A stretch of 64,000 bases of DNA, from contig JAYKHR010000045.1 of the NCBI GenBank assembly GCA_035285125.1, positions 128,001 through 192,000 of the forward strand, written 5' to 3'. A model generated the notes under the pieces. It saw only the letters and a program-made list of their open reading frames with translations. It made no database searches and had not been told where the DNA came from. Both the position numbers and the translations under genes were made by a program. Of this stretch, positions 40,836 through 50,221 are shown piece by piece; the first letter of the stretch is position 1, and each line of letters opens with the position of its first letter. The stretch comes from Candidatus Sericytochromatia bacterium. Its GTDB lineage: Bacteria; Cyanobacteriota; Sericytochromatia; S15B-MN24; JAQBPE01.

Positions 40836-42416
40836 TCATACCCCCAGCGGTCCCGAGCCGCCGTGTCCGGCGCCCACCGCCGCCCGCGCGGTGCTGGGGC
40901 GGCTGCTCGCCTGCAGGCCGCGCAAACCATCCCAGTCCAGTTCGACGGTGCCGCCCGTGGGGGCGTGGCCCTGCTCCCAGCCGCCGAAGAACTCCAGGCA
41001 GGCGTGGTCGATGTGCCGCAGGTCGCCGCCGTCGATGACGACGTCGGCACCGGCCGGCACCTTGGCGAGCGCCTTTTGGAGGTCCGGGAGGGCAAGGAAC
41101 GTGGCTGCCCCGCGCAGCTTGAGGCGCACGCTGTTCGCCTCGGGACGGTGCTCGACGGCGATGTCGAGGTGGGAGAGCACCGACAGCTGGCGCACCAGCG
41201 CAGCGATGATGCCGATGATGATGTCCTTTAGCAGGTTGGTCGCCACGATGGCGCCCGCCGTCAGGAGGTAGATGCCGGCCTCGCTGCGCCCCGCCTTGAG
41301 CAGCTGGATCAAGGTGGCGGGCGCGAGCAGCTTGAAGCCCGTGTAGACGAGCAGCGCCGCCAGCGCCGTGAGGGGGACGCGCTCCAGCAGCCACGGCAGC
41401 AGGGCCACCGTGGCGAGGATCCACGTGCCGTGGAAGATCGTCGAAGCTCGCGTCACGGCGCCCGCCTGGACGTTCGCGGCCGAGCGCACGATCACGCCCG
41501 TCATCGGCAGCGCGCCCACGATGCCGCACAGCGCGTTGCCAAGGCCTTGCGCCATCAACTCGCGGTCCGGGTCGTGCCGGGGGCCGCCGTGCATCTTGTC
41601 GACGGCGGCTGCCGTCAGCAGGCTCTCGGCGCTGGCGATGACGGCCACCGCCAGCACGGCTTCGAAGATGGGGCCCTCGGCCAGCCGGGCGAGGTCCGCG
41701 AGGCCGACCAGCTTCAGCGAGCCGAGCAGGCTGTCGGGCAGGTCGACGTACCGGATGGGCAGGTGCAGCCAGGCTGCCGCCGCCGTCGCCGAGGCCACGC
41801 CCACCAGCGCGGGCGGGATGGCCCGCAGAGGGCCCGGAACATAGCTCCAGGCCAGCATCACGGCGATGGTGGCGAGCCCCACGGCGGCGGCGATGTGGTG
41901 CGTCGTGCCGTCCAGCGGGGCCACGCCTTTCCACAGCGCCTCCGGGAGGGCGAGGAGGTTCGCGAGGCCGCTGCCACGCGGCGCGTCATCGACCATCACG
42001 TGGACCTGGGCGGCGATGATCAGCGCGCCGATGCCCGCGAGCATGCCGTGCACCACGGCGGGGGAGATGGCGGAGAACCACCTGCCGAGGCGCAGCGTGC
42101 CGGCGGCCACCTGGACGACGCCGGCGGCGAGCACGATCACGCCGAGCATCGGCAGGCCGTGGCGCTGCACGAGCTCGAAGACGAGCACCGTCAGGCCCGC
42201 CGCCGGGCCGCTGACCTGCAGCGGGCTGCCCGCGAATAGGCCCACCACGATGCCGCCGATGATGCCCGTCAAGAGGCCCGCGGCCGGCGGCACGCCCGAG
42301 GCGATGGCGACGCCCATGCACAGCGGCAGGGCGACAAGGAACACCACGAGCGACGCCATCAGGTCACGTGGCAGGGTCTCCCGCGCGGGGGCGGGAGGGG
42401 GCTGGGAGTTTGGCAT
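40836..42416 (-). CDS. SulP/SLC26 family anion (likely bicarbonate) transporter with STAS domain
   Basis: DLMASLVVFLVALPLCMGVAIASG, QVSGPAAGL, ELMAQGLGN, PMTGVIVRS. Adjacent to carbonic anhydrase. Confidence 0.93.
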   Translation of the reverse strand: MPNSQPPPAPARETLPRDLMASLVVFLVALPLCMGVAIASGVPPAAGLLTGIIGGIVVGLFAGSPLQVSGPAAGLTVLVFELVQRHGLPMLGVIVLAAGVVQVAAGTLRLGRWFSAISPAVVHGMLAGIGALIIAAQVHVMVDDAPRGSGLANLLALPEALWKGVAPLDGTTHHIAAAVGLATIAVMLAWSYVPGPLRAIPPALVGVASATAAAAWLHLPIRYVDLPDSLLGSLKLVGLADLARLAEGPIFEAVLAVAVIASAESLLTAAAVDKMHGGPRHDPDRELMAQGLGNALCGIVGALPMTGVIVRSAANVQAGAVTRASTIFHGTWILATVALLPWLLERVPLTALAALLVYTGFKLLAPATLIQLLKAGRSEAGIYLLTAGAIVATNLLKDIIIGIIAALVRQLSVLSHLDIAVEHRPEANSVRLKLRGAATFLALPDLQKALAKVPAGADVVIDGGDLRHIDHACLEFFGGWEQGHAPTGGTVELDWDGLRGLQASSRPSTARAAVGAGHGGSGPLGV

Positions 42417-42427
42417 GACGAGGCCCC

Positions 42428-43099
42428 CTAGATCTGGCGGCCCGCGTAGCGGGGCTCAGCCTCGGACCGAGGTTCCGTGGCCTCGGTGATGAGGTGGAAG
42501 GCCCGGTCGTGCGGATCGTATGCGAAGACCTGCCCGGTCTCGATCTCGTACACCCAGCCGTGCAGGTGCAGGTCGCCCCGCGCCAGGCGGGCGGCCACAG
42601 CCGGCAGCGTCCGCAGGTTCTCGAGCTGCACGAGCACGTTCTCCTTGATGCAGGCCGTCAGGCGCGCCTCGGGGTCCGTCACGTCGGCGTAATTCTCGGT
42701 CAGGATGCGCCGCGTGGCAGCCGCGTGCCCCAGCCACTCGTGGACGGCCGGCAGGCTCTCGGTGGTGCGCGGGTCGAGCAGGCCCTTCATCGCGCCGCAC
42801 TGGGAGTGGCCGCACACGATGATGTCCTTCACGCCGAGCACCGCCACGGCGTACTCGACGGTGGCGCCCTCGCCGCCCCGGGCAGCGCCGTGGGGCGGCA
42901 CGATGTTCCCCGCGTTCCGCAAGATGAAGAGCTCGCCTGGCTCAGTCTGGGTCAGCAAGTTGGGGACGATGCGCGAGTCGGCGCAGGTGATGAACAGCGT
43001 CTCGGGCGCCTGGTGCCGCGCGAGTTGCGCGAAGAGCTCCCGCTGGTCGCGGAAGTAATCCGTCTGGAAGGCGTGGATGCCGCGGATGAGCTTTTCCAT
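42428..43099 (-). CDS. Beta-class carbonic anhydrase
   Basis: CADSR, PGELFILRNAGN, GHSQCGAM, HGWVYEIETG. AAGGAGG RBS. Confidence 0.96.
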   Translation of the reverse strand: MEKLIRGIHAFQTDYFRDQRELFAQLARHQAPETLFITCADSRIVPNLLTQTEPGELFILRNAGNIVPPHGAARGGEGATVEYAVAVLGVKDIIVCGHSQCGAMKGLLDPRTTESLPAVHEWLGHAAATRRILTENYADVTDPEARLTACIKENVLVQLENLRTLPAVAARLARGDLHLHGWVYEIETGQVFAYDPHDRAFHLITEATEPRSEAEPRYAGRQI

Positions 43100-43163
43100 A
43101 GGTCGATGGTCCTCCTTAGGCGCGCCGTGACGGGCGCCGGGCCGGGTGGTCGGGCTGGGGACG

Positions 43164-43481
43164 TCAGGCCCGGCAAGGCGGCGCGCGGGCCCCGGGGGTG
43201 CGCCACGCCAGGGGGACCCAGCCCGGTCGGAGGGGCGTGTGGGTCAGGGCCAGCCAGGTCGGGCGCACGGGCCTCAGCGGGTCCGCCGCGCGCTTGCGCG
43301 CCACGACTCGGAGCGCCAGCGTGTCGCGCAGCACCGGGGCTGCCTCTTCTTCGGCCAACAGCGTGACGGCTGCGGGGTGCGGCCGCTGGCCCGCGGCCGG
43401 CGACAGGTTGGTCGCCCCCACGAGCACCAGCATCAAGGAGGCGAGCAGGAGGGCCCGCAGCCAGCGTGCGCGCTCAGCCAT
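43164..43481 (-). CDS. Small hypothetical protein with signal/TM segment
   Basis: ATG overlaps the ArsR stop region with a GAGG RBS. Hydrophobic N-terminus. No recognised domain. Confidence 0.45.
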   Translation of the reverse strand: MAERARWLRALLLASLMLVLVGATNLSPAAGQRPHPAAVTLLAEEEAAPVLRDTLALRVVARKRAADPLRPVRPTWLALTHTPLRPGWVPLAWRTPGARAPPCRA

Positions 43482-43839
43482 CTCGCACCTCGCCGCTCCA
43501 CGTCGCGCGCGCCGCGTTCATCAGCTGGCGGCGGTCCTCGACGCTCGCGAGGGGCTCTGCCAGGAAGCCCAGCCCCTCGAGCAGCCAGGCGGCGAGCTCG
43601 GGACGCCGCAGCCGGTAGAACACCCGGCGGCCTTCACGCCGCTCGCTGACGAGCCGGTGGGCGCGCAGCAGGCCCAGGTGCTGGGAGACGCCCGGCTGGG
43701 AGAGGCCCAACGTGTCCGCCAGGGCCCGGACGTCGAGCTCGCGCAGGCCGAGCTCCTCCACAATTTGCAGGCGGGCCGGGTGGGCCAGCACGCTCAGGAG
43801 CGCTCCGAGTTCCTTGGCTGCCAGGTGACGGGCGGGCAC
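43474..43839 (-). CDS. ArsR/SmtB family transcriptional regulator
   Basis: LAHPARLQIV..L....LDV..LA..LGLSQPGVSQHLGLLR...LV..RREGRRVFY. GTG 43839 after AAGGAGG. Confidence 0.93.
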   Translation of the reverse strand: MPARHLAAKELGALLSVLAHPARLQIVEELGLRELDVRALADTLGLSQPGVSQHLGLLRAHRLVSERREGRRVFYRLRRPELAAWLLEGLGFLAEPLASVEDRRQLMNAARATWSGEVRDG

Positions 43840-43856
43840 AGGGCCTCCTTGGTTCG

Positions 43857-43894
43857 AATGTTCAAACATTCAAACCTTTGAATATTTGAACATT
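43857..43894. promoter_or_regulatory. 18-2-18 inverted repeat, probable ArsR operator
   Basis: AATGTTCAAACATTCAAA-cc-TTTGAATATTTGAACATT (1 mismatch), directly upstream of the arsR RBS. Confidence 0.8.
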
Positions 43895-44041
43895 AGCACC
43901 TGGTGGGGGTCATGACAAGGCCTTCCGGCGTGCGTGGGGCTCGGGCGCCGACGCCGTGATCTGGGCCGTGAGCTTGCCCCCCTCGGAGGGTAAAACTCAA
44001 GCAAAGACGACCTTTTTCTATCATAACGTGGAGGCCCCCCG

Positions 44042-45649
44042 ATGCGCTCGCTTGCGCTCAAGATTGCCCTGACCTTGCCCCTGCTGCTGGCCGGCACGGC
44101 TGCACCCGCGGCGGCCTATTACCCTGACGAGCACGTCTGGGACCGCGAGTATCAGTCCGGCGCGGAGTGGGGCTACCCGCGAACCCGGCGCCCCGTGCCC
44201 TGGCTGCCCGCGGCGGGCTCGGGCTGGGGCTGGCAGGGCTGGCAGCAGGGCCACGCCCCGCGCGCGCAGCAGGCCTACACGGGCTTCACGCCGGCCTCGG
44301 GCTACATCCCCATGTCTCAGGACTGGGCCTACCGCATCCAGGGTGACCAGCCCTGGGACCAGTCGGCCTGGAACGTGGCCTGGTGGAACCCCGCGGCTCC
44401 GATGATGACGAACGCGCGCTACCGGTCCTCCGTCTACGACAGCGCCACCAACCCCTACTCGAACCAGATGCTCAACCGTGACCTGGCCCACGCTGCGGCC
44501 CTGGGCGACGTGGAGCGTGTCCGGACGCTGGTCTCCCACGGCGGTGACCTGAATGCCCGGGACTGGGAGGGCTACACGCCCCTCACGTGGGCCGCCCAGC
44601 ACGGGCGTCGCGCCGTCGTCGAGTACCTCGTGACGCGTTACGCCCAGCCCAACGTCGTCGATCGCTGGGGCTACACGCCCCTGATGTGGGCCCTCCAGCA
44701 GGGCCACACCGACGTCGCGGCGGTGCTGCTCCAGCACGGCGCCAACCCGCGGGTGGCAAGCGCCTTCGGCGTGACGCCCCTCGTGCTGGCCTCCTATGCC
44801 GCCAACGGCGCCTCCCGGCCCCTGGTCGAGGAGGCCCTCGCCGGTCGCCCGATCCGCGCCACGGACTGGTTCCGGACCGCCACGGCCGCGCAGCCTGGGA
44901 TGATGTCGGCCCAGCCGCCTGTGCTCCTGCCGGGCGCCGCGGCCGCGCCCCAGCCCGCGCCTGGGTTGACGGTGCCGGGGGCGGCGCAGGGCGTGGTGAC
45001 GCCCAGCATGACCCTCAACGCCCCCACCCTGCCTGCCTATGCCCAGGGGGCCCTGCCCTCCACCGTCACCGTGACTGCCCCGAGCGCCGCACAGCTGCTC
45101 CAAGGACAGGTGCAGCCGGGCATCACCTACAGCGCGCAGCCGCAGCCCGGCCAGACCTACGGCGCACAGCCGCAGCCGGGCTTGCCGGCCGCTCCGATGG
45201 GGCCTGGACCCACGATGTCCGTCAGCCAGCCCTCGGTGGCCGGGGCGCTGGAGCCCGAACCACTCTCTCTCGTGTCCACCGGCGTCGGGCAATCCGCCGG
45301 CGTCCTGGAGCCTCTGCCTGGTCGCGGGAGGCTCGACGGCGCGGCTGCGATCGCGGCCAACCCGAACCTCGGCTGGCGTCGGATCGCCGACATCGCCGGG
45401 CATTTCGGCACCTCCTACCACCAGTTCGTGCTGGAGAACAACCAGCTGCCGCCAGCCGAGGCCGCGGCGGACCCCGACGTCACGATCGGCAAGTCGCTGG
45501 GCACCACCCTCTCGCGGGTGCTGCAGTCGCGCGACCTCGCGCGGGCGCGGCACGAGGTGGAGGACGTGCGGCTCACCGCACCCACGAGCAGCCGCTTCAA
45601 GGCGCACCTGGCGGTCCTCGATGAGACGCTCCGCGCCATGGGCCATTAG
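44042..45649 (+). CDS. Secreted ankyrin repeat protein
   Basis: Signal peptide. GYTPLTWAAQHG, GYTPLMWALQQG, GVTPLVLA repeats. GGAGG RBS. Confidence 0.88.
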   Translation: MRSLALKIALTLPLLLAGTAAPAAAYYPDEHVWDREYQSGAEWGYPRTRRPVPWLPAAGSGWGWQGWQQGHAPRAQQAYTGFTPASGYIPMSQDWAYRIQGDQPWDQSAWNVAWWNPAAPMMTNARYRSSVYDSATNPYSNQMLNRDLAHAAALGDVERVRTLVSHGGDLNARDWEGYTPLTWAAQHGRRAVVEYLVTRYAQPNVVDRWGYTPLMWALQQGHTDVAAVLLQHGANPRVASAFGVTPLVLASYAANGASRPLVEEALAGRPIRATDWFRTATAAQPGMMSAQPPVLLPGAAAAPQPAPGLTVPGAAQGVVTPSMTLNAPTLPAYAQGALPSTVTVTAPSAAQLLQGQVQPGITYSAQPQPGQTYGAQPQPGLPAAPMGPGPTMSVSQPSVAGALEPEPLSLVSTGVGQSAGVLEPLPGRGRLDGAAAIAANPNLGWRRIADIAGHFGTSYHQFVLENNQLPPAEAAADPDVTIGKSLGTTLSRVLQSRDLARARHEVEDVRLTAPTSSRFKAHLAVLDETLRAMGH

Positions 45650-45667
45650 GCCGGCGCTGGCGACGCG

Positions 45668-46309
45668 GTGCTGAGCCGGGGGCGCTCCCTGGCGGCCGAG
45701 TGCGGCGTCATCTTCGCCACCTTCGCCCTCGGGGCCTTCCTGGCCCGGGCGTGGGTGGTGGAGGCGCGCTTCATCCCCTCTGGCTCGATGCGCCCCACGC
45801 TCGAGGTCGGGGACAGGCTGCTGGTCGACAAGCTCACGCCGTGCTGGCGCCTGCCTCGCCGCGGGGAGGTGGTGGTGTGTCGGCCCCCCGTGCCGCTGCC
45901 GGGCCTGGGGCCCGCCCTGGTCAAGCGCGTCGTGGGGCTGCCCGGGGAGCGGTTGCGGATCCGGGGCCAGCGCCTGTGGGTGAACGGCAGCCCCCTCGCC
46001 GAACCTTGGGGAGCCGCGCCGATCGGCTACCCCGAGCCAGACTGGGGGGCGCTCGGCATGCCGGGCGGGGTTGTGCCGCCGGATGCCCTGTTCGTGCTGG
46101 GCGACAACCGCGGTGACAGCACGGACAGCCACGTCTTCGGCCCCGTGCCCGTCACCTGCCTGATCGGTCGCGCGGTGCTGCGGGTCTGGCCCCTGGACCG
46201 CTTCGGGGCCCTCAGCCGGGGGCCGGCCGCGAGGGTGGCTGGCAGGGCACCTGGCAAGGTGCGCAGGATCCGCATCTCAGCTGGAAACCCCGGCGGCGCG
46301 CTGGTATGA
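45668..46309 (+). CDS. lepB: Signal peptidase I
   Basis: IPSGSMRPTL (Ser), LVKRVVGLPGE (Lys), GDNRGDSTDS. Confidence 0.93.
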   Translation: MLSRGRSLAAECGVIFATFALGAFLARAWVVEARFIPSGSMRPTLEVGDRLLVDKLTPCWRLPRRGEVVVCRPPVPLPGLGPALVKRVVGLPGERLRIRGQRLWVNGSPLAEPWGAAPIGYPEPDWGALGMPGGVVPPDALFVLGDNRGDSTDSHVFGPVPVTCLIGRAVLRVWPLDRFGALSRGPAARVAGRAPGKVRRIRISAGNPGGALV

Positions 46310-47262
46310 TGAGGCGCCCGGAGGCGGGTGCGACGGAGGAGCCAGGGTTGGGCCAAGCCAAGGGCCGGCTGTTCATCATCGGGGGCGAGGAGCGCAAGAC
46401 CGCGCCAGAGCCCGCCGTGCTCGCGCGCTTGGCGTTTTTCGCCGGCGGCGCCAACGGCCGCATCACCGTGCTGTCTCCCGAGTTGCCCCCGGGGCTGCGG
46501 GGGGCCCTGACGTGGCGCCGGCTGCTGCGGGGCGTGGGGGTCACGGATGTCCAGGCCCACACGCTCAAGGGGCGCGAAGCTGCCGCCTCGCCCGAACTCC
46601 TCGCCAGGCTGGCCGCATCCTCGGGCCTCGTGCTCGTCGGCCACGACCCGCTGCAACTCGTCGCCCTGCTCGCCGACACCCCCGTCGAGGCCGCCTTCCA
46701 GGAGGCCTTCGTGCGCGGCGCCTGCGTGGCCGGTGTCGGGGCTGGCGCGGCCGTGCTTGCCTCGCAAGTCGTCGGGCCCGGCTGCTGGGAGCCTCCTGCC
46801 GAGGAAGGCGATGATGACGCGGGCTCCACGCTCGACGTCCACCCCCGCGCCGGGCTGGTCTCGCTGTCCCCGGGGCTCGGGCTGTTCAAGCGCCTCATGG
46901 TCGATCACCACTTCTGCGAGAAGCAGCGCCTCGGCCGCCTGGCGACCATGGCCGCCACGGCACCCGGCCTGCTCGGCGTGGGCGTGGACGTCGGGACGGC
47001 GCTGGTCGTTTCCCCCGGCCGCGGGGTCGAGGTGGTCGGGCGAGGGGCCGTGACGGTCTTCGACGGCAGCGGGATGTCGCACTCCAGCCTGCCGACGGCA
47101 GCGCCCGGGCAGACCCTCGCGCTCTGCCACGTGCAGCTCAATTTGCTGCCGGCCGGCTTCACCTTCCGCTGGAAGCGCGGCGGAGAAGGGGCCATGGCGG
47201 ACGGCGCCGCGGTGCCGCCCCGGCTGCAAGGGATGATGGCGGCCCTCGCCGGCACCGGCTAG
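46306..47262 (+). CDS. Cyanophycinase-like (peptidase S51) protein, catalytic residues degenerate
   Basis: GRLFIIGGEERK, VDHHF..KQRLGRL, GRGAVTVFDG, L.LLPAG..F match the CphB layout. GTSAG appears as GVGAG and GIDE as GVDV. Confidence 0.8.
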   Translation: MMRRPEAGATEEPGLGQAKGRLFIIGGEERKTAPEPAVLARLAFFAGGANGRITVLSPELPPGLRGALTWRRLLRGVGVTDVQAHTLKGREAAASPELLARLAASSGLVLVGHDPLQLVALLADTPVEAAFQEAFVRGACVAGVGAGAAVLASQVVGPGCWEPPAEEGDDDAGSTLDVHPRAGLVSLSPGLGLFKRLMVDHHFCEKQRLGRLATMAATAPGLLGVGVDVGTALVVSPGRGVEVVGRGAVTVFDGSGMSHSSLPTAAPGQTLALCHVQLNLLPAGFTFRWKRGGEGAMADGAAVPPRLQGMMAALAGTG

Positions 47263-48764
47263 GAGCTTGGCGTCAGCCCGCTGTCCGGGTTGGCGAGCAG
47301 TTCCACCACGCCGTCTTGCAGGGCGCGCAGCTTGCCGGGTGAGCCGACGAAGCCGTTGGCGACGATGGCAAGCACGAGGGTCTGGCCATCGCGGGTGTCC
47401 AGGTAGCCCGCCAGGCTCGAAACCCCGCTCATCGTCCCGGTCTTGGCGCGGAGCCTGCCCCGCACGCCCGGCGTCGCGAGGCGGCCCTTGAGCGTGCCGC
47501 TCACACCGCAGACGGGCAACCCGACCAGCAAGGCCGGGTAGGCAGCACCTTGCGTCGGCATGTGGTGGAGGAGCCGGGTCACGTGCGCGGGGCTCACGGC
47601 GTTGTACCGCGAGAGCCCGGAGCCGTCCGCAAGGCGGAAGGTGTCGGCCTTCCAGCCCGCTTGCTCCAGGAACCTGCGCAGCTCGGACACACCCTTGTCC
47701 CAGGTCCCCGGGCCCCCGCGCCCCTTGGCCCCCACATGCATCAGCAATGTCTCGGCGATCAGGTTGTCGCTCTCGCGCAGCATCTCGCCCGTGATGTCCG
47801 CCAGCGGCGGGCTCGCGTGGCTCGCGAGCGTCCGGGCAGACGCCGGGGCCGGGCCCAGGCGCGCCTGGCCCCGCCAGCGCACGCCCTGGCGCACCAGGGC
47901 TTCCTTGAACGCGATCAGGGTGAAGCGGGCGGGCTCCGTCATCGCCATGGTGCTGACCTGGCTCTCCGTGCCCAGGGGCAGGCCCCCCGTCAGGCTCAGC
48001 GTCTCGGTCCATGGGGTGCCCGTGGTCACGAACCCGATGCCCAAGGTGCCCTGCTCGCCGGGCGCCAGCGTGGTCGCCCGGTTGCGCACCTGGACGTAGC
48101 GGCTAGCGGGCGTGAGCTCGACCTTCAGCGCCTCACCGCCGCGCGTGCCTGGCGACACAGTCACCACCAGCGCGTTCCGGTTCAGCCCCAGGCCCGACAC
48201 CGTGGCCGCGTAGGCCTGCCCGACGTCGTCGATGGCCCACCCCGCGGCGCCGCGGGCCTCTGGCGCGAACACGGTGGCGTCGCCCACCATATCACCCACC
48301 ACCTCGCGCACGCCGGCGGCCACCACCTGCGCGGCCAGCCGGTCGAGGTCGGCGGGCATCAGCATCGGGTCGCCGTCGCCCTTGAGCACGAGGTCTCCGT
48401 GCAGCACACCGTTCTCGAGCAACGCCGCCGTCACCACGCGGGTCTGGAAGCGCCGGCCGATGCCCAGGCGGGACAGGGCAGCGCCTGCCGTGGCCAGCTT
48501 GTGGATGGAGGCTGGCGTGAAGAGCTTGTGGGCCTCCCGCTCGTAGTAGACCTGGCCGGTGGCGTACCGCAGCACGCTGATGCCGACGTGGGCCTCGGGC
48601 GGTGCCAGGCGCTGGATCAGCGCGTCGAGGCGGGCCGCGCCGTCGCGGCTGATGGACGCTGCGCCGAGGGCCCGGGCACCGATCGCCTGGCCGTGGGCGG
48701 GCGCGAACGGCGGCAGGGCGAGCGCAAGGGAGAGGAGGGCGATCGAGCCGAGGCGACGCAGCAT
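47259..48764 (-). CDS. dacB: D-alanyl-D-alanine carboxypeptidase/endopeptidase (PBP4, peptidase S13)
   Basis: PASIHK, GDGDP, SDNLIAE, DGSGLSR, AKTGTM. Signal peptide from ATG 48764. Confidence 0.93.
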   Translation of the reverse strand: MLRRLGSIALLSLALALPPFAPAHGQAIGARALGAASISRDGAARLDALIQRLAPPEAHVGISVLRYATGQVYYEREAHKLFTPASIHKLATAGAALSRLGIGRRFQTRVVTAALLENGVLHGDLVLKGDGDPMLMPADLDRLAAQVVAAGVREVVGDMVGDATVFAPEARGAAGWAIDDVGQAYAATVSGLGLNRNALVVTVSPGTRGGEALKVELTPASRYVQVRNRATTLAPGEQGTLGIGFVTTGTPWTETLSLTGGLPLGTESQVSTMAMTEPARFTLIAFKEALVRQGVRWRGQARLGPAPASARTLASHASPPLADITGEMLRESDNLIAETLLMHVGAKGRGGPGTWDKGVSELRRFLEQAGWKADTFRLADGSGLSRYNAVSPAHVTRLLHHMPTQGAAYPALLVGLPVCGVSGTLKGRLATPGVRGRLRAKTGTMSGVSSLAGYLDTRDGQTLVLAIVANGFVGSPGKLRALQDGVVELLANPDSGLTPSS

Positions 48765-48858
48765 GCCGGGGATCTTAGCACGTGGCGCGGGCGCGGGCGA
48801 TACCGGCGACCCCTGCCCGAGCCGCGTTGGCGGGCGGAAAGAGGGGTACGCAGGCCCC

Positions 48859-50127
48859 ATGCGCCCCACCTGGTCCGTCAACCTGAACCCCGCCCGCCTG
48901 TGTCCAGACCGAGAGCCCGAGCGCCTGCGGGCGCGGCAGGCCGAGGCGTTCGACGCGCTGGAGGAGCTCGGCGTCGGGGGCGTGCGGCTCGACGTGGACT
49001 GGGCGTGGCTGGAGCCCGCCCGGGGCCAGGCCGACGCGGCCGCCTGGGCCTGGTACGAGGGCTTCCTCGCCGAGGCGGCCAGCCGGGGCCTGGCGGTCTA
49101 TGGCCTGCTCTACCACCCACCGCCGTGGGCCCGCGGCCTGTGGGAGGCGTCGCCGGTGGCCTTCCTCGCGGGCTGGGAGGCCTGGGTGGGGCGCGTCGCC
49201 CGCGCCTGGGGCGGTGGTCTCGCCGTGGTGCAGGTGTGGAACGAGCCGAACAACTACATGGCGGCGCTGAAGGGCGATGCGATGCTCTTCGACATGCGCC
49301 GCGTCGGCCGCCTCGGCGTGCCAGTGGGCGTGCCTTGGGAGGTCCTGGTCGGCCTGTTTCGCGCTGTTCGGGCGGCCTTCCCCCCCGGGACCCCGATCGC
49401 CTGCAACCCCCTGGCAAACCTGCTGCCACCATTGCCCTCGGTGGGCTGCTGGCTCGATTGGCTGCCGTTCACGGAGCGCCTGCTGCGCGAGGCGGGCGAC
49501 GCGATCGACGTCGTCGCGCTCGATCACTACCCTGACACGTGGCACCCGGGAACGGGCCCGCTGGAGTGGTCCTGCCTGGAGGAGGCCCTCGCACGGCAGC
49601 GAACGCCGGGCAGCCCCTGGCACGGCAAGGGGCTGGCCGTGGCGGAGCTCGGCTACGCCAGCGCCCCGGCGGGGCCGCGTCTGGGCCCCTGGCGCTGGTT
49701 CCCGGCGGCGCCCCGGGGTGAGGACACCATGGCGGCCTGGTACGCGGCCGCCCTGCCCCAGGTGGCGGGGCTGCTGGCAGGGCAGGCCGGGGGGGGGCCG
49801 GCCCCATGGATCAACGTCTACGAGCTGTTCGATGCGCCCCGGCCCGTGGGGGGCGGGGGCCTGCTGGCGATCGAGGATCACTTCGGCCTGGTGCGACGGG
49901 ACGGGGGGCGCAAGGCCGCCTACGGGGTGCTCCGGGCGATCACGCGCGGTGAGCCGATCGCGCCCCCCTCGCTCGCCCGCGTGCGGGCGCCGCGCTACTG
50001 GCGGTGGGGGGGCTGGCTGCGGGGGCTGGTGGCCCCTGATCGTCCGCTGGCCCGAGACACGTGGGTGCTGGCAGCGGGGGGCTCGTCCGAGGTGCCGGGC
50101 GACGCGGAGCCTTACGCCAACTTTTAG
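48859..50127 (+). CDS. Clan GH-A glycoside hydrolase (GH5/39/53-like TIM barrel)
   Basis: VRLDVDW..LEP..G, QVWNEPN (acid/base), DHYP, AELGY (nucleophile), HFGL.R.DG..K.AY. Confidence 0.8.
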   Translation: MRPTWSVNLNPARLCPDREPERLRARQAEAFDALEELGVGGVRLDVDWAWLEPARGQADAAAWAWYEGFLAEAASRGLAVYGLLYHPPPWARGLWEASPVAFLAGWEAWVGRVARAWGGGLAVVQVWNEPNNYMAALKGDAMLFDMRRVGRLGVPVGVPWEVLVGLFRAVRAAFPPGTPIACNPLANLLPPLPSVGCWLDWLPFTERLLREAGDAIDVVALDHYPDTWHPGTGPLEWSCLEEALARQRTPGSPWHGKGLAVAELGYASAPAGPRLGPWRWFPAAPRGEDTMAAWYAAALPQVAGLLAGQAGGGPAPWINVYELFDAPRPVGGGGLLAIEDHFGLVRRDGGRKAAYGVLRAITRGEPIAPPSLARVRAPRYWRWGGWLRGLVAPDRPLARDTWVLAAGGSSEVPGDAEPYANF

Positions 50128-50221
50128 GCGTTTTTAATCGAGCTTAATCCCACCTTGGGCACCCTTGGGCGCCGTGGGCCCGATAAGCACTCCAAGGCGT
50201 TCAGCCTTCGGAGGAAGAATC

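Noticed and set aside
50177..50186. Sigma-28-like -10 element (CCGATAA) upstream of the Pro-rich gene
   Set aside because: No TAAA -35 element at the expected spacing.
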